Of a stretch of DNA of 25,704 bases, positions 17,292-25,704 are shown in pieces (within the stretch, counting starts at the first letter, position 1; every line of letters starts with the position of its first letter). A program made the position numbers and the translations under genes. The DNA lies in the NCBI GenBank assembly GCA_964525635.1, contig CAZGJX010000058.1, positions 1-25,704 of the forward strand, read 5' to 3'. The stretch is from an uncultured archaeon. Lineage in GTDB: Archaea; Asgardarchaeota; Lokiarchaeia; Sigyniarchaeales; SOKP01. The notes under the pieces are model-generated. The model was not told the origin of the DNA, made no database searches, and saw nothing but the letters and a program-made list of their open reading frames with translations.

Positions 17292-17732
17292 TTATAACAT
17301 AGTATCTAAAATTTTAACAGAATCTCGAACAAATTTGGGACAAACTAACTCAAAAAGCCCTTTTTCTTTTGCAAACTCTCTTCCTTCATTTGTACTTATG
17401 TCACAATTAAGTAAATCTTTACATTTTATGGAACCATTTATTTCAATAAATTTTCTTGTAAAATCTTCTATTTTAGAATAAGTATTTTCTTTTGCATCTA
17501 TATCTTCCTCATTGGTTCTTCCATATTTAAGACCTAATACCATAAATGCTCCTGTAATTGCTCCACATGTTTTGGCCTTCCTCGCCATACCGTCCCCAAA
17601 ACCAGTAGAAATTTTTAAAGCTAATATTCTATTCAAACCAAATTCTTCACAGTATGTCGATAATACTGCTTGGGAGCAAGAAAAACCTTTATTATAAAAA
17701 TCACTAGCTTTATCCAGATTTTTCATAATCAA
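17292..17732 (-). CDS. C_GCAxxG_C_C family putative redox-active protein
   Basis: GFSCSQAV, GFGDGMA...TCGAITGA, SIKCKDLL, VCPKFV. Confidence 0.9.
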   Translation of the reverse strand: MIMKNLDKASDFYNKGFSCSQAVLSTYCEEFGLNRILALKISTGFGDGMARKAKTCGAITGAFMVLGLKYGRTNEEDIDAKENTYSKIEDFTRKFIEINGSIKCKDLLNCDISTNEGREFAKEKGLFELVCPKFVRDSVKILDTML

Positions 17733-18125
17733 TTAAAAAGTAGAATAATTCCATATAAATAAAATTGATTTAAATTTATTATGTTAGATTATTTGTGTTA
17801 ATTTATCTATAAATAACATAAGTAATTCACTATTTGGTAGTTGAGATAAAAATAACTTATTGGAATTAATAAGATCATTTAAATTATTTTTATTATTAAA
17901 ATCTCTTAAGACATCGAAGATTTAAAAAAGGGCTATTTTATTCTACTTGTTAATCAAATACCTATTAATTTAATAACAGATCAAAATTCATAGAAAAATC
18001 AACAGTTCCATAATAGTAATAGTATTAATTTAATTAATCGTTGGAAAAAATATAAATATATAAAAAAATCCTATAATCAAAACTGATAGAATATAAATTA
18101 AACATAATAAGATCATAAGATAGAT

Positions 18126-18752
18126 TTGACAGTAGAGACCAATTTAAAGGTAATTATTAAGAAAATAGAGGATTGGGATAATCGAATATTTTTGGACCTC
18201 TATGAAAGTAAATTTTCAAGAAAAAAAGCAGTTATTCTATTTGCGAAAATTTACTCTTTCTTTGGAAATATCTTTATTTGGGGCTTCTTATGGATAATTA
18301 TAGGAATATATGGATTTATTACCAAAGAATATGATTTATTTATTTTAATGACTGGAGGTTTTGAACAAAGTTTACTATTATACTTAGTAATCCGTTATAT
18401 AATAGTAAGACGAACTCGACCTTATATCAAACTTAAAGAAAGAGGAGTTGAACAAGGAGATGAATTAATTAGAGAAAAGAGATCGTTTCCTTCTGGTCAT
18501 GTTACCTTTTTCTTATTTTTTGGTTTTATTTTTGCATTCCATTTTGAAATCTGGTTAATTTTGTTGGTTTTTGTTATTTTAGATATAATAATGGCAGTTT
18601 CTAGAGTAATACTTGGTGTTCACTTTCCCATGGATGTAATGTTTGGATTCATATTTGCAGTTATGTTCGCATTTTTATATTTATCTTTAACCTATTCTTA
18701 CTGGTTAGATTTTTACTATTGGTTAGGAAATTTATTATCTCCTTTTAAATAA
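18126..18752 (+). CDS. PAP2-family membrane phosphatase
   Basis: RTRPY, SFPSGH and SRVILGVHFPMDV catalytic motifs; multiple TM helices. Confidence 0.93.
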   Translation: MTVETNLKVIIKKIEDWDNRIFLDLYESKFSRKKAVILFAKIYSFFGNIFIWGFLWIIIGIYGFITKEYDLFILMTGGFEQSLLLYLVIRYIIVRRTRPYIKLKERGVEQGDELIREKRSFPSGHVTFFLFFGFIFAFHFEIWLILLVFVILDIIMAVSRVILGVHFPMDVMFGFIFAVMFAFLYLSLTYSYWLDFYYWLGNLLSPFK

Positions 18753-18783
18753 AACGATCATTTCATTAAATACAATAAAAATG

Positions 18784-19317
18784 TTAATACCAATCAACAA
18801 AATTATCTAGACTTCTTCGATTGCGTTCTTCTAGATCTTTAGCTTCTTTTTGGTCATCTGAAACACCTATAGCAATAACACCCATTAATTCATAATCTTG
18901 GTCATTTAATTTGAACATTTCATTAATTTGCTCTTTGTTATTTAATATTTCTCCAATCCATACTGCCCCTAATCCCATAGCATGAGCCCCAAGTAATAAA
19001 TTCTCCATAAAAGCTCCAATTGCTTGAATATCTTTTACTCTATTGTATCCTTTTTTTTGATCAAGAAAAATAACTATATTATAAGATGCACTATCAATAA
19101 TCTCACCATATTTAGTATTTTCTGCTAACATTCTCTTTATAGTTGGATGGTTGACAACACATACTTTCCATGGTTGATTATTAAGACCTGATGGTGCCCA
19201 TCTACCGCATTCAAGTATTTGTGTTATTGTTTCTTTATGAATTTCTTCAAAAATAAAATTCCTTATACTCCTTCTGGATTTAATAAATTTCAGATATTCA
19301 ATTGATTTTGTTTCCAT
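18784..19317 (-). CDS. Nitroreductase family protein
   Basis: SRRSIRNF, WAPSGLNNQPW, ENLLLGAHAMGLGAVWIG. Confidence 0.95.
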   Translation of the reverse strand: METKSIEYLKFIKSRRSIRNFIFEEIHKETITQILECGRWAPSGLNNQPWKVCVVNHPTIKRMLAENTKYGEIIDSASYNIVIFLDQKKGYNRVKDIQAIGAFMENLLLGAHAMGLGAVWIGEILNNKEQINEMFKLNDQDYELMGVIAIGVSDDQKEAKDLEERNRRSLDNFVDWY

Positions 19318-19520
19318 AGTATTAATTCATTATGGAAAATAATTTAAATATTCCCTTTTTTTATTTTGTATCTTAACTTAAAATAAAAGATAAATTTAAA
19401 AACAGTGTTTTTTATAATATTTCTGGAAGGTTAGATAATTTTAAAAAAGGGTAAGAAGAAAATTTCTGTTTAATATGCCTAATTTTCTCTTATTTATTTA
19501 TTGACTTATGGGGTTTTAGG

Positions 19521-20774
19521 TTGGATAAGCAAATCGAAATGTCTGACATTAATAAGGAAAAAGATTTTTTTAATTTGAGTAGTTTGGATCTAGCTCCAAA
19601 TTATATTGATGACTTTATTGAATATTATTCAGAAATAATGAAATATAACTCTAATGTAGGAGAACCGATTAAGGACGTTAATATAGATAGCGATGAAAAA
19701 AACCAAAAAGAAGAATTATATTTTTATTATGCTTTACCTGAAGAAGCTGAAATTATTACAGTAATAATAAATGATGCATTTAATAACTATCCTTTTTTAG
19801 AGATGGTAGATGTTGAAAATGTCAGGAATCTAATAATATCGAAAAATAGTTGTGTATTTGTTTTTAAAAGTAAAGCAAATGAAGTAGTTGGAACAATTTC
19901 ATTCGATTTAGATTTTCAATCAAAAAAAGGATATGTTAGGAGTCTTGCTATTTATAAAAAATACAGGGGAAAATTAGATATAACAAATATTAATATATCT
20001 ATATACGTACATATGTATAAAAAATATAAAGATCGGATATTAGTATGGTATGGTGAATCACTTCTTAGTGGAATAAAATCACAACATATTACATATTTAT
20101 GTCATCTTAAACCAATAGGACTTCTTCCAAATAAAGATATTTTTTCTAATCAGATTATGTCTGAATTTTTAATAATTGCATACGACAGAAAAGCATTAAA
20201 AGATTATCGAAGCAAAAAAACCCCGAAAATTATAATTGAAGTTATGAAGAGTTTTATTTATGCTTCCTTAAAATATGACTTAACTATGATAGATTGTATA
20301 GAACCAAAACTACACTTAGAGAAAAAAAAAATAATAGATTTGAATAGAGAATATAAGTTGGAAAGAAGTAACAATAAATATGGATATATAAGTGTAAAAA
20401 TGTTCTTTAAGAATTCAGATTCATATTTTAAATTTCTCTATACCCCTCAACATGAAAATATTATAAAAATCGAATATAAAATTTCTTTCCTAGAGGAGTT
20501 TTCAGTTTTTCTCGATAAATTGAATAAATTCATGAAGAATAATGATGTTAGATATTGTGAATTTTATATCAGTGCATATGAACCTTTACAACAAAAACTT
20601 ATTTCATTATTGGGATTCAAACCTAGAGGTTATGTTCCTAGCTGGAAGATTGATAAAGTTTCTGGTTTATTTGAAGATTATATATTATTTAATAAATCAA
20701 TTGAAGAAATTGATAATAATTTTAATGGTGAAAAGGATTATAATTTAGTCTTAAATCATTTCATTGATTACTAA
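19521..20774 (+). CDS. GNAT-fold hypothetical protein (probably tandem GNAT-like domains)
   Basis: VVGTISFD...KGYVRSLAIYKKYRGK motif A-like segment; C-terminal QQKLISLLGFKPRGYVP motif B-like segment. Confidence 0.65.
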   Translation: MDKQIEMSDINKEKDFFNLSSLDLAPNYIDDFIEYYSEIMKYNSNVGEPIKDVNIDSDEKNQKEELYFYYALPEEAEIITVIINDAFNNYPFLEMVDVENVRNLIISKNSCVFVFKSKANEVVGTISFDLDFQSKKGYVRSLAIYKKYRGKLDITNINISIYVHMYKKYKDRILVWYGESLLSGIKSQHITYLCHLKPIGLLPNKDIFSNQIMSEFLIIAYDRKALKDYRSKKTPKIIIEVMKSFIYASLKYDLTMIDCIEPKLHLEKKKIIDLNREYKLERSNNKYGYISVKMFFKNSDSYFKFLYTPQHENIIKIEYKISFLEEFSVFLDKLNKFMKNNDVRYCEFYISAYEPLQQKLISLLGFKPRGYVPSWKIDKVSGLFEDYILFNKSIEEIDNNFNGEKDYNLVLNHFIDY

Positions 20775-21500
20775 ATAAATTAAATCAATCCAATTTCATT
20801 TTCAAATATTTATAGTTAAATTGATATTTTTATGTGTCTATATTGTGAGAATATTGATTTCTGTTATACTTTATAGTCTAATTTAAAATAAAGTTATATT
20901 ATTAAAAAACTGTTGAGAATTTTTGATTTATTTTAAATATAATTGAAATTTTTTGTTACAAATTATAAATATTATTTATTTATTATTTTATTACTAAATA
21001 AACTCATTCTAGTAATTTAAAACTCATATCAATATGGATAGTTATAATCTTTGATTACAATTTAAATTGGAGGTATAATAACAAATTTTATATTGAGGTT
21101 ATTATCACATTAGTTTTAGAACTAATTTTTACGAAGATTTATCTCAATTATGGAAAAATATCTCCTTTCGAAAGAAAATTGCATGTACCCTTTTCTATAA
21201 TAATTAGACTAAAACGACCTCATGAAAGAATAAGTAATTAGAAATAGTTTTATTAAAATCTATCTGATAGAAGTTGCTGGTTTCCGCCTGTGTGAATAAG
21301 GGATCGAATCCATACTTCACATAAAATAATTTATTTTAAAGAATTATAATAATATGTATAATTTTTAATATTTTTGATAACCTAATGTAAGACTTAATGA
21401 TAACTTATTTAAAAAAAAGGATATTGAATTCTTTTATATTTTTAAAGAAATATAGAGGATTAAATTAAAAAAAAAAAAATTATAGTCATTATAATTTATC

Positions 21501-22607
21501 TTATAAGTCTATTTGCAATATAAGATGACTTCTATCTTTTTTTCCACCCATCTTTTTTGCTGCATTTGAATTCGGAATATTATCAGCTCCTACTGGCCAT
21601 GAACCTTTTTTAATATAGTGAGGTGTTTTTTTATCTTTTGCTTGTAGAGAAGTCATACCATACATTAACATTGAAATATAATTTCGTCTATGGTCTGGAT
21701 GAACAATCCATGCATGAAAACTTATAGAATCGAGTTCTCCCTTCCGGTTCCTACTAAAGATATCTGGAATAACATATCCATTAGCTACCATCTTTTTCGT
21801 ATCTTTTTGTCTTACAAACCACATCATCCAATCTGCTCCATATGTAAAAATAAAATCTATTAGATTATTTAGATTTTGTTCTGATTTAGGAGTTATACGA
21901 GCAGATGGGGGCATATGATCAATATTTAATTGGAGATATTCATCAAAACATTCATACATTCCTTCTTTTCCAGGATTAATAAATTCATAAGGATAATCTC
22001 CTGTATTAAGTGGATTTTCTTTATAATTCTCATTATTTATTCCCAATTCAATTAATTTAGGATTCCTATGAGGATCCATTTTTAATGCTGGCATGTCGTA
22101 TCTATCTTCTTGAAATAAAACTTTAAATCCTTTTTCTATGAATAAATTTTGATATATTGGGGGATTTATAGGAGATCCAATAAATATATCCTTGGAGCTT
22201 CCCTCAACCATAAATCCCCAACCAAAGATCATTGTTGGTACATTTATTGGTCCTCGAATTCTTTTATAATTATTTTTTATACCATAATCAATTAAATTTT
22301 TTAATAAGAATTTAATTTTTTCAGGATGATGATCATAGACTCCAAAAAATCCAAAAAATAATGTATCTGAACCATCACTATAAACTAAAGTTAAGCCCGT
22401 AATATTATCACTTTTCACTAAAGTATTATTTTCAAGAGGTTCCTCTAAGATTAATGCTTTAGCATTATATGCCTTCATATCATTTAGGATATATTTATGA
22501 AAATCATAAATGATTGGAATGCTTATACCTTTATGTAGATGTTTCAGAATTTGATTAGGTTCTTCTATAACATTTACTTTTAATTTATTTAGGTTCATAT
22601 TATTCAT
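21501..22607 (-). CDS. GNAT-like N-acetyltransferase family hypothetical protein
   Basis: LFFGFF...IRGPIN...NPPIYQNLFIEKGF in the N-half; WIVHPDHRRN and N..SNAAKKMGG in the C-half. Confidence 0.7.
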   Translation of the reverse strand: MNNMNLNKLKVNVIEEPNQILKHLHKGISIPIIYDFHKYILNDMKAYNAKALILEEPLENNTLVKSDNITGLTLVYSDGSDTLFFGFFGVYDHHPEKIKFLLKNLIDYGIKNNYKRIRGPINVPTMIFGWGFMVEGSSKDIFIGSPINPPIYQNLFIEKGFKVLFQEDRYDMPALKMDPHRNPKLIELGINNENYKENPLNTGDYPYEFINPGKEGMYECFDEYLQLNIDHMPPSARITPKSEQNLNNLIDFIFTYGADWMMWFVRQKDTKKMVANGYVIPDIFSRNRKGELDSISFHAWIVHPDHRRNYISMLMYGMTSLQAKDKKTPHYIKKGSWPVGADNIPNSNAAKKMGGKKDRSHLILQIDL

Positions 22608-22672
22608 ATTATTATTAAGTAATTATTATTTCAAGAGGGATGTTTAACTTCTTAACCTTCTTTAGAGATTAT

Positions 22673-23383
22673 CTAATTTGCTTCTAGGGATTTACCAACA
22701 CCATAGTAAATAAAGAATCCACCAGTTATTATAACAATCAATAATATTGGGGCTGAGATGATTTGAAATGTTTCATCAAGCCAGGTAGTATATAATATTA
22801 AATTATAAAATGCAATGCAAAAAAAGATAACTCCAATAAGATAAAATCTCCATCTTTTTTTCATCTCATTAGACTCAAAAGTCTTATAAACTAGAATTGA
22901 TGTGTATAAAAGAGGAATCATAAAAGCACCAGTATAGAAGACAATAATAACAATGCATTTAGTCCAAGAATATAAAGGTGCATAATTCTCTGCTATTGTA
23001 GTATCCATAGGAAAATATAATGCCAGAAAGATTATTATGGCATAGAAAATAAATATAATCCTTTGTTTTTTTAGAGTAAATATCTGTATTGTCTGCAATA
23101 AGTTAAGATTGAATAACAACACAAATATTAATGAGATTAATATCAAGTAAATCATTAAGAAGTCTAATATAATAATCAACAAATCTTGCGTTAGTAATAC
23201 ATATATTAAATTCAAAGAAAATCCAGTTGCTGCGAAAAAATAGATCATAGATATTATAATGCTATATCTATTTCTTTTTCGACCTAAAATCTTTATGAAT
23301 AAAAAAAGAAAAATTAATATAATCACTCCTTGTGCTATCCAGACAACAAAAATTCTTTGTAAATCTAGTTCTTGAAATATCAT
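22673..23383 (-). CDS. Hypothetical ~7-TM membrane protein (resembles a stand-alone sensor-type 7TM domain)
   Basis: 236 aa with about seven hydrophobic helices, a MKKRWRFYLIG cytoplasmic loop and a C-terminal YYGVGK. Confidence 0.7.
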   Translation of the reverse strand: MIFQELDLQRIFVVWIAQGVIILIFLFLFIKILGRKRNRYSIIISMIYFFAATGFSLNLIYVLLTQDLLIIILDFLMIYLILISLIFVLLFNLNLLQTIQIFTLKKQRIIFIFYAIIIFLALYFPMDTTIAENYAPLYSWTKCIVIIVFYTGAFMIPLLYTSILVYKTFESNEMKKRWRFYLIGVIFFCIAFYNLILYTTWLDETFQIISAPILLIVIITGGFFIYYGVGKSLEAN

Positions 23384-23799
23384 AAGTATATTCTATTTTT
23401 TTATTTTTATTAAGATTAAAACATTATATGTTTAAACTTTTATATATAATTTTGTTTACTTATCTGATCAATTATCATAGATTAAAACTCTCTAGTCGAA
23501 ATAGTAGAATTATAATTAAATATTAAAAATAAAAAAAATATCGATTTAATCTAAATTTCCCTGACCTCAAGTATAGATTTTAAAATGAAAATAATTATAG
23601 TATATGAAAATATGAATTTTTTGTTTCTAAATAATTTAAGATAAGTTCTTGAGTAGGATTTAGTTTATCTAAAAATTGAATAAAGTAATGGGGGGTGAAA
23701 AAATATAAAAATAAAATTTTTCAAATTATTAGATATTAATTTTATTATAAATTAATTTATAGTGGAATATATATCTAAGATCATAATATTTAAGGTATT

Positions 23800-25239
23800 T
23801 TATTTATTTCTCAAGCTATTGATATGATAAGTAATAATCTCTTTTTTTAACTTATTAGCTTCTAATACAATTTGTTCCGAATTTAACTTTTCAGTGTGAT
23901 GATCTGCAAAATTATCCCATGCTGAATGTTTATATAATAAATCTCGGCTGTTTAATTTCAATCCCCATTTTTCTGCATTTTCCCAGTAGTCTGTTCCTGG
24001 AAAAACTTGGAGAATTCTTACATCTGCATAATCCAATCCTAGATCTAATAATTTAAAAATAAAATCACGTGTTTCTTTAATGGTTTCTAATGATTCTCCG
24101 GGTAACCCAATCATCCAAGATGTTCCCACTAAATAATCATTATTTTTTGCAATTTTGACAGCATTAGAAAGATCTTGAAGATGTTTTTGACCACTAGAAC
24201 TTGATTTCCCTCGTAAGTTTTTTAAAATTGTTGGTGAACCTGATTCTGCACCATAAAATACCATAGCAGGATTAAATTTTTTGCAGATTTTAGCCATATT
24301 ATCATCAAAACTATCAGCACGGGTTTCGAAATATAATTTAAGGTCTAAATCTACTTTTTCATATGCTTCAACAAATTCGATTAATTTTTTCTTATTAATA
24401 GTAAAAGTAGAATCTGAAATATAACCTCCTTGACATCCATAGCTTTCCAAAACTTTTAATTCTTGCATAACGTTTTTTACTGATCTATGGCGGACATTTC
24501 TGCCCCAAAACCTTGTATGAGCACAAAATGGGCAATTGAATGGACATCCTCTTGAATATTGAATATTACAATAAGGATTTTCACTCATATATTTTTCAAT
24601 ACACATACCTTCAAAATCAAAAGGAGGACATTCTTCTAGATTTGGTTCAATTGCATAATTATCACTTATTCGTGTTTCACCATTTTTCTTATAACATAAT
24701 CCTTGAATATTAGAATAATTTGAAGGTGATGGATTCTTAACATATTGTCTAACTGCATATTCTCCAGAACCACGTAATAATAAATCTATCTGTCCATGTT
24801 TAAAAAAGATTTCAGGAACTAAGGAAGGAAACATTCCTCCAACGATAATCTTTGTTTCCGAATTAATTTTTTTGATAATTTTTGCATATCTTAAAGTTTC
24901 TAATGCAGTTTCTGGTGAACCAACAGATAACCAGACCTCATCATAATCAAATGATCTTATTATTTTTTCTATTTCATTGTTACTTAAATATCTTTTTTGA
25001 ACATCAAGTAGGAATGGATAATGGTGAGTTGATACATTCTCCTCCTTAACTATTGAAGATATTTGAGCAAGTCCTAAAGGTATTGAAAAAATACTCTTAA
25101 ATTTTAATTTATATTTTTTATAAATTAGAGTCCCTATATATGCCCATAATTTTTTATGTAATAATAATCCCTCGCTTTCAGTTTTATCTGGAGGAATATA
25201 ACTAAATGGTTCTAAGAGTAAAATATCTTTAATTTTCAT
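23800..25239 (-). CDS. Cobalamin-binding radical SAM protein (class B methyltransferase-like)
   Basis: PLGLAQISS, IIVGGMFPS and RGSGE in the B12-binding domain; SRGCPFNCPFC CxxxCxxC; GAESGS, MIGLPGES, FPGT. Confidence 0.93.
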   Translation of the reverse strand: MKIKDILLLEPFSYIPPDKTESEGLLLHKKLWAYIGTLIYKKYKLKFKSIFSIPLGLAQISSIVKEENVSTHHYPFLLDVQKRYLSNNEIEKIIRSFDYDEVWLSVGSPETALETLRYAKIIKKINSETKIIVGGMFPSLVPEIFFKHGQIDLLLRGSGEYAVRQYVKNPSPSNYSNIQGLCYKKNGETRISDNYAIEPNLEECPPFDFEGMCIEKYMSENPYCNIQYSRGCPFNCPFCAHTRFWGRNVRHRSVKNVMQELKVLESYGCQGGYISDSTFTINKKKLIEFVEAYEKVDLDLKLYFETRADSFDDNMAKICKKFNPAMVFYGAESGSPTILKNLRGKSSSSGQKHLQDLSNAVKIAKNNDYLVGTSWMIGLPGESLETIKETRDFIFKLLDLGLDYADVRILQVFPGTDYWENAEKWGLKLNSRDLLYKHSAWDNFADHHTEKLNSEQIVLEANKLKKEIITYHINSLRNK

Positions 25240-25704
25240 TATAATATATCAATTTTCATTTTTTATTTATTATAAATTTGAAATGTATAAAATTTATCTT
25301 GATTTAGGATAGACTTATGAAATTCAAGAAATATGGGGTGCTATTTTCTTAATGTAAACACATTATAATCATAGAAGGATCTGATTTCATATCACTCTGA
25401 AATATTTGATTATTCGTTAAAATTCTATACATATTAAAAATGTTATAATTTTATTATAAATAAAATAACAGTTTTTTTTTTTATATTTAACTAGAAGTAA
25501 TGATGTGTTAGTAAAACATAATATAAAATTAGAATAAAACTAAAATACTTTTATAAGTATTATAAAATATAAATAATAAATTCGCTTATTTTAATTATTT
25601 AATATCTATAGTACTAAAAAAAATAAGGATGTTAAAAAAAAACTGATCCTTTTTATTTTTTTTTCCTTATTATTTTTTTTTAGCAATAAATTCTTTGGAA
25701 ATGC

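Noticed and set aside
1614-20748. Small shadow ORFs (1614-1823, 2494-2679, 3003-3188, 4584-4766, 9807-10079, 16856-17095, 17512-17697, 20542-20748)
   Set aside because: They are antisense or out-of-frame overlaps of better-supported genes, repeats or pseudogenes and have no motifs.
21270-21323. tRNA-like fragment (gggatcgaatcc T-arm-like motif)
   Set aside because: Too short, with no convincing D or anticodon arm and an imperfect T stem; more likely a decayed gene remnant or chance.

Overview
Very AT-rich archaeal-type DNA. The gene content (two Roadblock-Rab-like GTPase fusions, an aSelBL-type EF-Tu/SelB-like protein, zinc-ribbon and multi-TM hypotheticals, GGTGA-type SD sequences) points to an Asgard archaeon, probably Lokiarchaeia (inference). 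The centrepiece is a 4.5-kb, visibly GC-richer group II twintron on the + strand. An outer IIB/CL1-like intron (10884-11093 + 13321-15419) sits in an intergenic (GAAAAAA)n tract. It is interrupted inside domain I by a second RT-encoding intron (11094-13320). The nesting is supported by DI closing stems and by alpha-alpha', EBS1/2/3-IBS1/2/3 and gamma-gamma' pairings read by eye from the sequence. The inner intron has non-canonical ends (5'-AUGCG...AUUCUU-3') and a shifted branch-point register. Both introns carry an extra conserved ~120-nt structured module with a second DIII-like motif between the ORF and DV. Other unexplained signals are three same-orientation ~40-bp TTCATGAA-based repeats spaced ~0.9-1 kb apart, each interval holding one hypothetical gene; four probable PadR-like operators; and two pseudogenes. 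All RNA structures were folded manually and need computational confirmation.
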